A stretch of DNA of 64,000 nt from Candidatus Methanomethylicaceae archaeon (lineage in GTDB: Archaea; Thermoproteota; Methanomethylicia; Methanomethylicales; Methanomethylicaceae): contig JACTUC010000008.1 in assembly GCA_015660995.1 (NCBI GenBank), positions 10,645 through 74,644 on the forward strand. The letters run 5' to 3'. The translations under genes were made by a program, and so were the position numbers. Below are positions 20,708 to 29,742 of the stretch, in pieces. How positions within the stretch are numbered: position 1 is the stretch's first letter; each line of letters opens with the position of its first letter. The notes beneath the pieces were generated by a model that was not told the DNA's origin, made no database searches, and was given only the letters and a program-made list of their open reading frames with translations.

Positions 20708-21871
20708 TCAAGCCAACTCCTTTAATCCCCACCATACCTCCTTCGCATCTTCGCCACGTTCAGCCTTGGAGAGGGCGTCATCCATCATCCCCTCGAAGTC
20801 TCCTATGGTGATGTCCCTGCCGCCCAAGCCTGCCACGTACCTGTGAACCCCACCTTTGAGGCAGGACGAAAGCTCTCCCCCTATTATGCCGCCGAAACCA
20901 TATGAGTAATCCCTGTCGACGACAGCAATAGCCTTCACTCCCCCGATCCGCTCCCTCACTTCTCGGCCTGGGAACGGCCTGATTGCCTTCAGCCTAATCA
21001 CGCCGGCCCGGACCCCTCTGTCGCGCAGGTTGTCCGCGGCGTCCATGGCGTCTCCGCTCGATGCCCCAATTGCCACGAGGGCGACCTCCGCATCACTGCA
21101 CCTGTAGTCATCGAAGAGGCCAGTCTGTGGTCTGCCGGAGATCTTGGAGAATTCCTGCGCCACCTGCTCTATGACTGCAGGAGCCCTGTCAAACGCCTCC
21201 TTCGTAAGGTGCCTGAACTCCATCATCGCGTCCGGTCCTAGAAGATTACCAAAAGTAATTGGGTTATCCGGGTCCATGTAAACAGGCAGCTTTGCAGGAT
21301 CCAGTTTGGGCAGGAACCCGTCCACCACGCTCTGATCCAGCAGGTCCACGTTCTCTGCTGTGTGGGAGAGCGAGAATGCATCTAGGCCGTACATTACTGG
21401 TTGCAGGAGCCGCTCGTCCTCGGCTATCCTGAATGCCTGTATAGCCGTATCGTAAGCCTCTTGCGCGCTACTGCACATCATAATGACCCATCCTGCATCC
21501 CTCTGCGCCAGGAGATCAGTGTGCTCGTTCCAGATGCTCCATGGAGGGGCTAAGGTCCTGTTGACAACTGCCATCGTTACTGGGAACCTGCCCATTCCCG
21601 CCCAGAACACCAGCTCGCTCATATAGGCTAACCCGTGGGAAGACGTGGCTGTGAAGGCCCTTGCACCGCACGCCTCCGCGGCGATGCATGCAGCCATGGC
21701 GCTGTGCTCGGACTCCACTCTAATGTACTTCGCCCTCAAGTCTCCCTTCGCTATGAGCTCCGCCAGTTTCTCTATTATCTGGGTCTGTGGGGTGATGGGA
21801 TACGCTGCGACCACCTCAGCCCTTGCCACCTTTACCCCGTAGGATACTGCATAATTGCCCGTAAGAATCAC
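20708..21871 (-). CDS. porA: 2-oxoacid:ferredoxin oxidoreductase alpha subunit
   Basis: YPITPQT, ESEHSAM, GLGGRD. Confidence 0.88.
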   Translation of the reverse strand: MILTGNYAVSYGVKVARAEVVAAYPITPQTQIIEKLAELIAKGDLRAKYIRVESEHSAMAACIAAEACGARAFTATSSHGLAYMSELVFWAGMGRFPVTMAVVNRTLAPPWSIWNEHTDLLAQRDAGWVIMMCSSAQEAYDTAIQAFRIAEDERLLQPVMYGLDAFSLSHTAENVDLLDQSVVDGFLPKLDPAKLPVYMDPDNPITFGNLLGPDAMMEFRHLTKEAFDRAPAVIEQVAQEFSKISGRPQTGLFDDYRCSDAEVALVAIGASSGDAMDAADNLRDRGVRAGVIRLKAIRPFPGREVRERIGGVKAIAVVDRDYSYGFGGIIGGELSSCLKGGVHRYVAGLGGRDITIGDFEGMMDDALSKAERGEDAKEVWWGLKELA

Positions 21872-21875
21872 TTTT

Positions 21876-22130
21876 TCACGCCTCCCTCACTATCACTATT
21901 GCCTTCGCTGGGCAGACCTCTGCGCAGATGCCGCAACCCTTGCAAAAGTCGTAGCTTATGGAGAGCTTGCCATCTTCATGCCTCTTCATCGCTCCCTCAG
22001 GGCAGTACAGCCAGCAGAGGAGGCAGTTCGTGCACTTGGTCTGATCAACGACAGGCCTCTTAATCCTCCACATGCCTGTTAGACCGCTTGCGCCCTCCGA
22101 AGGCTTGGAGATGGCTGCCTTCTTTGACAT
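21876..22130 (-). CDS. porD: 2-oxoacid:ferredoxin oxidoreductase delta subunit
   Basis: TGMWR, two CxxCxxCxxxCP motifs; ATG overlaps the porG stop. Confidence 0.88.
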   Translation of the reverse strand: MSKKAAISKPSEGASGLTGMWRIKRPVVDQTKCTNCLLCWLYCPEGAMKRHEDGKLSISYDFCKGCGICAEVCPAKAIVIVREA

Positions 22131-22669
22131 CAAACGACCTCCCCAAAGGCCTGAAGGGCCGCGCGGATGTTCCTGTCCCCAAGGTCCCCGCTCCACCTCA
22201 TCCTCACAACCTTCTCAAGAGCTCCCTTGGAGATTGTGCCCAGGACCTTGGCTATCGCCCCCAGCATTGCCGTGTTTACCACCGCCCAGCCCGCTACTAC
22301 AAGCCCGTTTTCCATGGCAATCCTAGTGGCGTCAACAATATGGACCTTGTATTTCTTGATATCCGGTTGCGTCCTATGGTTTACGACTATTTCGCCGCTA
22401 TCTTTGAGCCCTGCCGTGACCTCTCCCCTGAGCAAGAAGAGCGGATCGAAGACCGCGACTATGTCTGGGTTGTAGATCTGGCTGTGCCTTCTGATGGGCT
22501 GGTCCGAGATCCTTGCAGACGCCGTGACTGGTGCTCCCCTCCTCTCCGCCCCAAAAATAGGTATTGACTGCCCGTAATAGCCGTCGATGGTAGCAGCCTC
22601 GACAAGCATCTCGGAGGCAGTGACTATTCCCTGTCCGCCCCTACCGTGCAGCCTTAGTTCCACAAACAT
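22130..22669 (-). CDS. porG: 2-oxoacid:ferredoxin oxidoreductase gamma subunit
   Basis: HGRGGQG, FGAERRGAP, NTAMLGA. Confidence 0.88.
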   Translation of the reverse strand: MFVELRLHGRGGQGIVTASEMLVEAATIDGYYGQSIPIFGAERRGAPVTASARISDQPIRRHSQIYNPDIVAVFDPLFLLRGEVTAGLKDSGEIVVNHRTQPDIKKYKVHIVDATRIAMENGLVVAGWAVVNTAMLGAIAKVLGTISKGALEKVVRMRWSGDLGDRNIRAALQAFGEVV

Positions 22670-22785
22670 GCGGGACCGCCTGATCTTTACATATGTAAAG
22701 GGTTAATAAAAAAGTATTTAGTTCGATTCACCAGCTGCAGCGCGCTGACAGGGTGTAACCTAAGATTGATCGGTTGACCGAGCTA

Positions 22786-22797
22786 AAACTTAAATAA
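22786..22797 (+). promoter_or_regulatory. BRE/TATA box upstream of tRNA-His
   Basis: aaacttaaataa; predicts a transcription start near 22820. Confidence 0.5.
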
Positions 22798-22849
22798 GCA
22801 TCCACAGAGTTCTATTTTTGCTCCCGTTTCAGGGAGCGAGGGCCTAGGT

Positions 22850-22966
22850 GGCCCGGGTTAGGAAACTCCGATGGTTTCCCCCGAAGGGTAGCGGTCATCC
22901 CGGGGGCCTGTGGCGCTCAACAGCGCAGAAAGCCCCAGTTCGCGGGTTCGATCCCCGCCCCGGGCC
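22850..22966 (+). tRNA. tRNA-His(GTG), G-1 encoded, two introns: 9/10 (22860-22885) and 37/38 (22914-22930)
   Basis: G-1 GCCCGGG/CCCGGGC C73; GGGGC/GCCCC stem; both inserts fold as BHB. Confidence 0.85.
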
Positions 22967-22989
22967 CTCCAAGTATCTTCTCAGCAAGT

Positions 22990-24096
22990 TTAGATCTTGA
23001 CAAGGTTGTAGGACATGCTTCCCACGCCCAGCCTGACTGCTTCCTTCATTTGTATCAGGCTGTCGGTTCCGTTGATCTTGCCCAGCACATCCGGGGGTTT
23101 GACGTCCCAACCAGGCATCAAGGATGCTTGGTCGACCAGGTCCAGCGATGCCCTGTCTATCGCAACCGGGTCGCCCGAGATGAGAAGCCCCACGTTTTGA
23201 GTGACGAGCCTGCCTGCAGGTGCTGCGCAGTCGCAAAGAGGGGTAACGTCGAGGATGGAATTGAGGAATACCACATCCTTTCCGCTGAACGCCTTCATGA
23301 CTCCTGCGGAAGCGTGGGCGAGCGCCTTCTGAAACAGCTCCTTGCCGTTATCGTACAATCGGATCGCGTCGTTCTCGCATTCAAACCGGCAGTTTTGGCA
23401 GTACGTGCACCTCCCCTCTTCCTTCACAGGTTTGTCCCCCTGCATCTCAAGTGCATTGAACTTGCAGCTTTCAATGCATTTTCCGCAGCCGCTGCACTTT
23501 CCATAATCCCAAACAAGGCCATGAGCAGCATGCTGCTCCCTCTTCGAGTGCCTCGTTGTGCAACCCATGCCAAGGTTCTTTATGGCGCCCCCCATTCCCG
23601 ACAGAAGATGCCCCTTTACGTGGCTGATAACGATCATGCTGTCTGCCTCGATGAGGTGCCTCGCCACGTTGACAGACTTGACTCTGCAGTCCTCGGCAGC
23701 ATTGTCCACGAAAAACTCTACGCCGTTGTCGCCATCGGGCTCGTCCGCGATGACTATGGGGCAACCCAGACCCTCCTCCGTAAAACCGTTGTACCTTGCA
23801 GTCTCTAGGCTATCCTCGACCGTGAGCCTGTAACCGGTGGGATACAGGGTCGTCGTCTCAGCGATAAACGGCATCCCTCCCTCCAGCTTCACGAAATCCA
23901 CCACTCTCCTGACAAAGGAAGGCCTGATGTGGGTATAGTTGCCTCTCTCACCGAAATGTATCTTTATCGCGACTCTGCGGCCCATCAAATTCCTCCCGCC
24001 AAATGAGCTCTTCATCAGCCCATCTATTCCTTCCAGCGGATCGCCAAATTTGCCCAATTCGAAGAAACGAACATCCGGGTTCATAATCAGCACCAT
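22990..24096 (-). CDS. DUF362 Fe-S protein
   Basis: KIHFGERGN, SHVKGH, GGAIKNLGMG, two ferredoxin motifs, DPVAID. Confidence 0.88.
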   Translation of the reverse strand: MVLIMNPDVRFFELGKFGDPLEGIDGLMKSSFGGRNLMGRRVAIKIHFGERGNYTHIRPSFVRRVVDFVKLEGGMPFIAETTTLYPTGYRLTVEDSLETARYNGFTEEGLGCPIVIADEPDGDNGVEFFVDNAAEDCRVKSVNVARHLIEADSMIVISHVKGHLLSGMGGAIKNLGMGCTTRHSKREQHAAHGLVWDYGKCSGCGKCIESCKFNALEMQGDKPVKEEGRCTYCQNCRFECENDAIRLYDNGKELFQKALAHASAGVMKAFSGKDVVFLNSILDVTPLCDCAAPAGRLVTQNVGLLISGDPVAIDRASLDLVDQASLMPGWDVKPPDVLGKINGTDSLIQMKEAVRLGVGSMSYNLVKI

Positions 24097-24237
24097 GCGC
24101 TAAAGTGGCACGAATCGATCAAACAAAGAATAACGGGGCTTAATATCTGTCGCCCATAGTGCAATGCATTAATGACAAATGAGGGTAATTCGATTCACCC
24201 TAGATAGTGATTTAGAGGTCCGCGCAGAAATCTAAAT

Positions 24238-24741
24238 ATGATGGCAATGCCGTTAGTGCTGGTCACCGTGGTCTTCGGCAAAGAGGAGGCAGCCAAGCTT
24301 GAAGTGCTCGACTGCATATATGCGTTAGACCCGAATGCCCATTTCCTGGAGCACAAATATGGCGGGCTTTTAATACTGGAAACTGAAATTGCTTCGGATG
24401 CTGCTGCAGAGGCGATAGAAAGGTACCCTACAAGCCAAGTCTTCAAAGTGATGCCCGTGGACTCCGCCGTGAAAGCCGAAGTTGGCGCAATAGTCTGCGA
24501 GGTCCTTAGGCTGGTTCCCCAATCACAGAGCAGTGTCTCCGTCGTCTGCCAAAGGCGGGGGAGAGCGATCGCCTCAAGCCACGATCTGGAAGTGGAGGTC
24601 GGATCTGAGCTCAAGTCAAGAGGACATATAATTGACCTTGAGAACCCGCAGCTGGTCGTGCGCATAGATATTATAGGCGAACGCGCAACTATCTCGGTGA
24701 GGCCACCCGCCAGTTACTTCATCAAAAGGAGGGGAAATTGA
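24238..24741 (+). CDS. THUMP-domain protein
   Basis: VVCQRRG, IDLENPQLVVRIDIIG. Confidence 0.78.
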   Translation: MMAMPLVLVTVVFGKEEAAKLEVLDCIYALDPNAHFLEHKYGGLLILETEIASDAAAEAIERYPTSQVFKVMPVDSAVKAEVGAIVCEVLRLVPQSQSSVSVVCQRRGRAIASSHDLEVEVGSELKSRGHIIDLENPQLVVRIDIIGERATISVRPPASYFIKRRGN

Positions 24742-25745
24742 GATTGGGCAAGCTTAAGGTCGGCAAGATCCCCAACGAAATCCTTGAGAAGATCGTGTTC
24801 AGCAAGCTGGGCGCAGAGGACCCCTCGGTAATTCTTGGGCCCAACGTAGGAGAGGATGCTGCTCTGCTTCCCGTGAGATCTGGTGTGATCGCTTTCAAGT
24901 CGGACCCCATCACAGGGTCCGTTGACGAAGTTGGGTGGCTGGCGGTCTATGTGAATGCCAATGATATTGCCACAAAGGGGGCGATTCCCAAGTGGTTCCA
25001 GCAGTGCATACTGCTCCCGGAAGGTTCCACGACTGAAGACCTCGAGGCAATATGCGAACAGATCGACAGCGCTGCCCAGGAACTCGGTGTATCCATAGTT
25101 GGCGGCCACACTGAGGTGACGCGTGGCATAAGCCGCCCTCTCGTGATAGGATCCATGATTGGGGTAATTCAGGACGAGCGGTTCCTCACGTCGGGTGGCG
25201 CCCGCCCTGGAGACCTGCTGTATATGACAAAGAGCGTTGGCATCGAGGGTACAGCGATACTCTCCTCTGATCGAAAAATAACCTCGAAATTCAGCAAAGG
25301 CTTCACCTCAAGGTGCAAGAAGCTCATCAAGCTGATCAACGTCGTTCCAGAATGCTCGAAGCTCAGTCGCCTCGAGGGGGTGACGTCGATCCACGATCTC
25401 ACCGAAGGGGGCCTCCTAGGGGGAGCTTGGGAGCTTGCGGAGGCTGCTGGGTCGGGAATATCTCTTGACCTGCACCCCGTGCCGGTCATGAAGGAGACTG
25501 CAGATCTATGCCGCGAGCTGGATCTCGACCCATATCGCCTAATCAGCTCTGGGTCTGTAATCTTCACAGTACGAAAGGGCTCGGAGCGAAGGGTTGAAGA
25601 AGCCCTTACCCAAGCCGGAATCAAGCACACTAGGATAGGCAAGGTGCTCCGTCCAGCCAGCGGGAGATTCTACCTGGACCTCTCTGGTTCGAAACGCCCA
25701 CTGATCCCCCCTTCGGCGGACGAGCTCTGGCGGGGCCTGGCATAA
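24738..25745 (+). CDS. AIR synthase/HypE-like protein
   Basis: GEDAA, NANDIA, VGGHTE, HDLTEGG. Confidence 0.85.
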   Translation: MRLGKLKVGKIPNEILEKIVFSKLGAEDPSVILGPNVGEDAALLPVRSGVIAFKSDPITGSVDEVGWLAVYVNANDIATKGAIPKWFQQCILLPEGSTTEDLEAICEQIDSAAQELGVSIVGGHTEVTRGISRPLVIGSMIGVIQDERFLTSGGARPGDLLYMTKSVGIEGTAILSSDRKITSKFSKGFTSRCKKLIKLINVVPECSKLSRLEGVTSIHDLTEGGLLGGAWELAEAAGSGISLDLHPVPVMKETADLCRELDLDPYRLISSGSVIFTVRKGSERRVEEALTQAGIKHTRIGKVLRPASGRFYLDLSGSKRPLIPPSADELWRGLA

Positions 25746-25809
25746 TACTTTCGGCAATGTCTCCGCAAAATGTCTTTTCTAAAGTACAAAAGCCATAAAT
25801 CCCACCGTC

Positions 25810-27030
25810 ATGCAACCTATGGATGGGTATCCTTCGTTGGCGTACGACATAATCGCTCATGAGATGGACAGGCCAACACTCTTTAAGGACGAGTCGAAAC
25901 TCTTCCCGGACCATGTGCCCACGAACCTTGTCCACAGGGAACCCGAACTGAAAGCATTGAGCAGGGTATTCAAGGTGCTGCTGGAGTCCCCGGGCTCCGT
26001 AGCTCAGAAGGTAACGCTCGTGGGCGACGTCGGCGTTGGAAAGACTGCTGTTGCGAAGAGGTTTGGATCCAGCATCGAGTCGCTGGTAAAGGGCAAGGGG
26101 ATCAACCTCCGTTACGTCCACGTCAACTGCTACAAGGACCGCACACTCTTCCTGGTCATAAAGAAGGTTGCACAGCAGATACTCCCGAGCATACCCGACC
26201 GCGGATTCTCGGCCCAGGAGCTCTTCGAGACGCTCTGGAAGATCCTCGAAGACGAGAACATCTACCTGCTACTCGCGCTGGACGAGGCTGACTTCCTTAT
26301 CTCAGCCTCTGGCGAGAAGGACGCGCCCCTCTACTTCCTCTCCCGGGTTGCCGATGAATACCTGAATCGTCCCCAGAGGCTCAGCCTCATCTTGATTACG
26401 AGAAATCTCGAATTCCTCTCGGGTCTGGACAAGAGCGTTCAGAGCAGCCTCCTTCACAACGTGGTGCGCTTCGAGAAGTACACCTCCGAGCAGCTCTTTG
26501 ACATAATCCACGCCAGGGGCATGGATGCTCTCAAGGAGAGCGCCCTTAGCGAGGAGGTACTGGCCATGATCTCGGACATATCCGCGCCACGCGGCGACGC
26601 CAGGTATGCGCTTGAGCTGCTCTGGCGCGCGGGCAAGTACGCCGATGCCGAGGCTGCGGAGAGGATACTTCCCGAGCATGTGAGGAAGGCGCAGCTGGAC
26701 GTCTCACAGTTCCCCATGCACACGGTGCAGGAGCTGCCCCTGCACGAGAGGCTCTTCCTGCTCTCGGTGGCGAAGGTGCTGAAGAGAAACAAATCTGCCT
26801 ATGTAACCATGGGCGAGGTGGAGTCGACCTACCGCGTTCTCTGCGAGAGCAACAGCATAGAGCCTAGGAAGCACACTCAATTCTGGGAGTACCTGCAGAA
26901 CCTGAAGAACCTCGGTATACTATACACCAAGATCTCGGGCGCAGGCTTCAGGGGGAAGACAACGCTGATAGGGCTGCTCAACCTCTCCGTAGAGGCTGTG
27001 GAGCGGGGTCTGAAGGATCTGGAGGGATGA
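25810..27030 (+). CDS. cdc6: Orc1/Cdc6 replication initiator
   Basis: LVHREPE, GDVGVGKT, LDEAD, GDARYA, C-terminal winged helix. Confidence 0.92.
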   Translation: MQPMDGYPSLAYDIIAHEMDRPTLFKDESKLFPDHVPTNLVHREPELKALSRVFKVLLESPGSVAQKVTLVGDVGVGKTAVAKRFGSSIESLVKGKGINLRYVHVNCYKDRTLFLVIKKVAQQILPSIPDRGFSAQELFETLWKILEDENIYLLLALDEADFLISASGEKDAPLYFLSRVADEYLNRPQRLSLILITRNLEFLSGLDKSVQSSLLHNVVRFEKYTSEQLFDIIHARGMDALKESALSEEVLAMISDISAPRGDARYALELLWRAGKYADAEAAERILPEHVRKAQLDVSQFPMHTVQELPLHERLFLLSVAKVLKRNKSAYVTMGEVESTYRVLCESNSIEPRKHTQFWEYLQNLKNLGILYTKISGAGFRGKTTLIGLLNLSVEAVERGLKDLEG

Positions 27031-27034
27031 AAAG

Positions 27035-27307
27035 ATTTCTGTAGAGGACATATTCTCGTCCAAGGGACGGGTAAAGGTACTGAAGGAGCTTGCCGAGCGT
27101 GGCGAGATGAACATATCTGAGATAACACGGCGCACAAGCTTGAACCACACAACGACCTCTGCGCATCTGAAGAAGCTCTGCGAGCTTGGCATAGTGGAAG
27201 AGAAGAGGTTCGGGCGCATCAGGATATTCAGGTTCATGAAGGAGGACCCGCGAGGATGGGCGATCCAGACCCTCTTCGAGTCCTTCAAAAAGGGGTCGAA
27301 GGCATGA
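27035..27307 (+). CDS. Winged-HTH (ArsR-like) protein; probable ATT start
   Basis: Frame extends upstream of ATG 27107 (ISVEDIFSSKGRVKVL...); GGAGGG 8 nt before ATT. Confidence 0.7.
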   Translation: MSVEDIFSSKGRVKVLKELAERGEMNISEITRRTSLNHTTTSAHLKKLCELGIVEEKRFGRIRIFRFMKEDPRGWAIQTLFESFKKGSKA

Positions 27308-27756
27308 GCGTGAAGATGATCGACATAAGTTCGAAGGATCCGGTCAGCAGGGAGGCCTCGGCCACAGGTACGATCCAGCTGAAGGAAAGCACCGTCGAAC
27401 GCATAAAGTCAAACGGCGTCGAGAAGGGTGACGTCCTGGCAGTCGCAAGGGTCGCAGCAGTCCAGGCTGTGAAAAGGACCCCAGACACAATCCCCCTCTG
27501 CCACCAGATACCCATCGAGCACGTGAGCGTCGACTTCGAGATATCTGCGTCCCTGCTCAGGGCCACGGTCAAAGTGAAGGCATGCGCCAAGACCGGCGTC
27601 GAGATGGAGGCGCTGGCGGGGGTCTCTGCCGCACTGCTAACGGTCTGGGACATGACTAAGAAATATGAGAAGGACGAGGCAGGCCAGTATCCATCAACAG
27701 CTATAGGAGAGATTCGGGTCCTGGAGAAGCGCAAAGGGGCAAGGGGAAGAACCTAG
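27304..27756 (+). CDS. moaC: Cyclic pyranopterin monophosphate synthase MoaC
   Basis: MIDISSK, IPLCHQI, TGVEMEAL; ATGA overlap. Confidence 0.93.
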   Translation: MSVKMIDISSKDPVSREASATGTIQLKESTVERIKSNGVEKGDVLAVARVAAVQAVKRTPDTIPLCHQIPIEHVSVDFEISASLLRATVKVKACAKTGVEMEALAGVSAALLTVWDMTKKYEKDEAGQYPSTAIGEIRVLEKRKGARGRT

Positions 27757-28278
27757 ATGGCCAAGGATCACCATTCCGATCTTCCAAAGGATCTAAAGTT
27801 TACAGTGATCGTCACCAGCGATACCATCCTCTCGAAGAAATCCCGGGGAGAGCCTTTCAACGACTCTAGCGGCGATGCGGCTGAATCCCTCGTTAAGGGC
27901 GCTGGATTCTTCTTGGCTGACCGCATCTACCTGCCAAACGATGTCCAATCAATAAGAACGGCGGTGGGTTCAATCATTTCAAGCGGATCAGCTGACGTTG
28001 TAGTCGTGAGCGGCGGCACTGGCGTCGGCAGAAAGGACGTGACCGTGGAGGCAGTTGCCCCCCTTTTGGAGAAGGTCCTGCCCGGCTTCGGCGAGCTGTT
28101 TAGGCGCCTTTCCTATGACACAGTCGGGACATCCTCCATAGCATCCAGATCAATGGCAGGTATCGCGAAAGGAGTTCTTGTCTTTCTGCTTCCCGGTTCC
28201 CCAGATGCAGTCAGGCTGGCTTTGGAGAAGATAATCCTTCCAGAGTCCCCGCACCTTGCCAAGATGTTTCGCGGGTGA
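27757..28278 (+). CDS. moaB: Molybdopterin adenylyltransferase MoaB/Mog
   Basis: GGTGVGRKDVT, LPGFGELFR, LPGSP. Confidence 0.9.
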   Translation: MAKDHHSDLPKDLKFTVIVTSDTILSKKSRGEPFNDSSGDAAESLVKGAGFFLADRIYLPNDVQSIRTAVGSIISSGSADVVVVSGGTGVGRKDVTVEAVAPLLEKVLPGFGELFRRLSYDTVGTSSIASRSMAGIAKGVLVFLLPGSPDAVRLALEKIILPESPHLAKMFRG

Positions 28279-28321
28279 AGATTTAAGTCAGCTATGGGTC
28301 TTTTGACTGTAGTGTTAGTTA

Positions 28322-28834
28322 ATGCGAAGTAGAGCCCCCGTGGTTTGCATCGTGGCACCGGGCAGCGGTTACGGGAAGACCGCTCTCATAGACTCATTGC
28401 TGGCGGGCCTAAAACAGCAGGGCATCAAGGCCTGCGTCCTGAAGCATTCAGGCCACGATTTCGAGCCTGACGTTGAAAAGGACACGTGGTTCTTCAGGCA
28501 GGCAGGTGCCATTGGCTCGGCAGTAATAACCGAGGCGGGCCTCGCCTCCTTTTACGTGCCCTGTAGCACCCTCGAGAGCTCCCTCGCCATCCTCGAAGGG
28601 CTCGAGCCAGACATCATCCTCTGCGAGGGCTTCAAGGAGTCGAACCTACCAAAAATACTCTTGCTCAAGGCCGAGGACGAGTTTGGGATAATCCCTTCGC
28701 TCACATCTGTCTTAGCTGTTGTGTATGATAGCGAATACCCTGAATGGGTCAAGGTTCCTGTACTCAAGCAAGCCAAGGAGGTACTGAATTTCCTGCTCGA
28801 TTACCACCGCAGATCTAAGGAGGGGCTGGTCTGA
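28322..28834 (+). CDS. mobB: MobB
   Basis: GSGYGKT, LKH, EGFK. Confidence 0.82.
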   Translation: MRSRAPVVCIVAPGSGYGKTALIDSLLAGLKQQGIKACVLKHSGHDFEPDVEKDTWFFRQAGAIGSAVITEAGLASFYVPCSTLESSLAILEGLEPDIILCEGFKESNLPKILLLKAEDEFGIIPSLTSVLAVVYDSEYPEWVKVPVLKQAKEVLNFLLDYHRRSKEGLV

Positions 28835-29742
28835 TCGATCCATACGGCAGGGCAATCAAGGGCATAAGGATCAGCCTCACCCAGAGGTGCAACCTCAACT
28901 GCGTCTATTGCCATCATGAGGGCGAGGCCGCGGTCTCGACGGAGATGACAACGGTCGAGGTACTTCGCACAGTGAAAATTGCTGCTGAGCTGGGTGTTAT
29001 AAGGGTCAAGTATACGGGGGGAGAGCCCCTCCTCAGGAGCGACCTGATCGATATCATCAGGGGAACAACCTCAATGAAGCTGGAGGACGTCGCGCTCACT
29101 ACTAATGGCTCGCTCCTTAAGGCAAGTGCAAAGGGGCTGTCCGAAGCTGGCCTCAGGCGCCTCAATATTTCGCTCCCCAGCATGGCACCGGACGTCTACT
29201 CCACGCTGACCGGGGGGGAACTTGGGGATGCCCTAGACGGCATAAGGGAAGCCAGGAACTTGGGCATGGAGATCAAACTGAACATGGTAATAATGAAGGG
29301 TATTAATGCAGGCGAGGTAGACCGCTTCATGGGGCTTGCGCGGGACTTGGGCGGTAGCCTCCAGCTCATTGAGCTTGAGGACCTCAGCCTTGAACCGGGA
29401 TTTTTCAGCAAGTACCATCTGGACATCTCGGACATCGAGGAAGAGATAGTGCATATGGCCCAGCGGACAGTAAAAAGGGAGGACATGAACCACCGGGCCA
29501 GGTATCTTGTGGACGGTCTGCAGGTGGAGGTTGTTCGGCCCATTAACAACCCGAACTTCTGCAGTAGATGCACCCGCCTGAGGGTCACAAGCGACGGGAA
29601 GCTCAAGCCCTGCCTTATGCGTTCGGACGACCTGATCGACCTGCTGAAGCCGATGAGGTGCGGATCTTCCGATGCTGAGCTGAAAGGGCTCTTCCTAAAG
29701 GCGGTCTCCCTCAGGTCTCCTTACTACCAGCAACGCGGCTGA
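28831..29742 (+). CDS. moaA: GTP 3',8-cyclase MoaA; probable CTG start
   Basis: The radical-SAM CNLNCVYC motif lies upstream of the ORF-track ATG; FCSRCTRLR. Confidence 0.9.
   Translation: MIDPYGRAIKGIRISLTQRCNLNCVYCHHEGEAAVSTEMTTVEVLRTVKIAAELGVIRVKYTGGEPLLRSDLIDIIRGTTSMKLEDVALTTNGSLLKASAKGLSEAGLRRLNISLPSMAPDVYSTLTGGELGDALDGIREARNLGMEIKLNMVIMKGINAGEVDRFMGLARDLGGSLQLIELEDLSLEPGFFSKYHLDISDIEEEIVHMAQRTVKREDMNHRARYLVDGLQVEVVRPINNPNFCSRCTRLRVTSDGKLKPCLMRSDDLIDLLKPMRCGSSDAELKGLFLKAVSLRSPYYQQRG

Noticed and set aside
22838..22857. Third intron or 10-bp extended acceptor stem in tRNA-His
   Set aside because: No proper BHB geometry; better explained as leader-trailer pairing
25746..25809. Replication origin beside cdc6
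   Set aside because: Only ~64 bp intergenic; no ORB repeats or unwinding element seen
27027..27044. ATG 27027 plus programmed frameshift for the HTH gene
   Set aside because: Zero spacing from the RBS and a weak slippery site; ATT start is simpler, though a sequencing indel is not excluded
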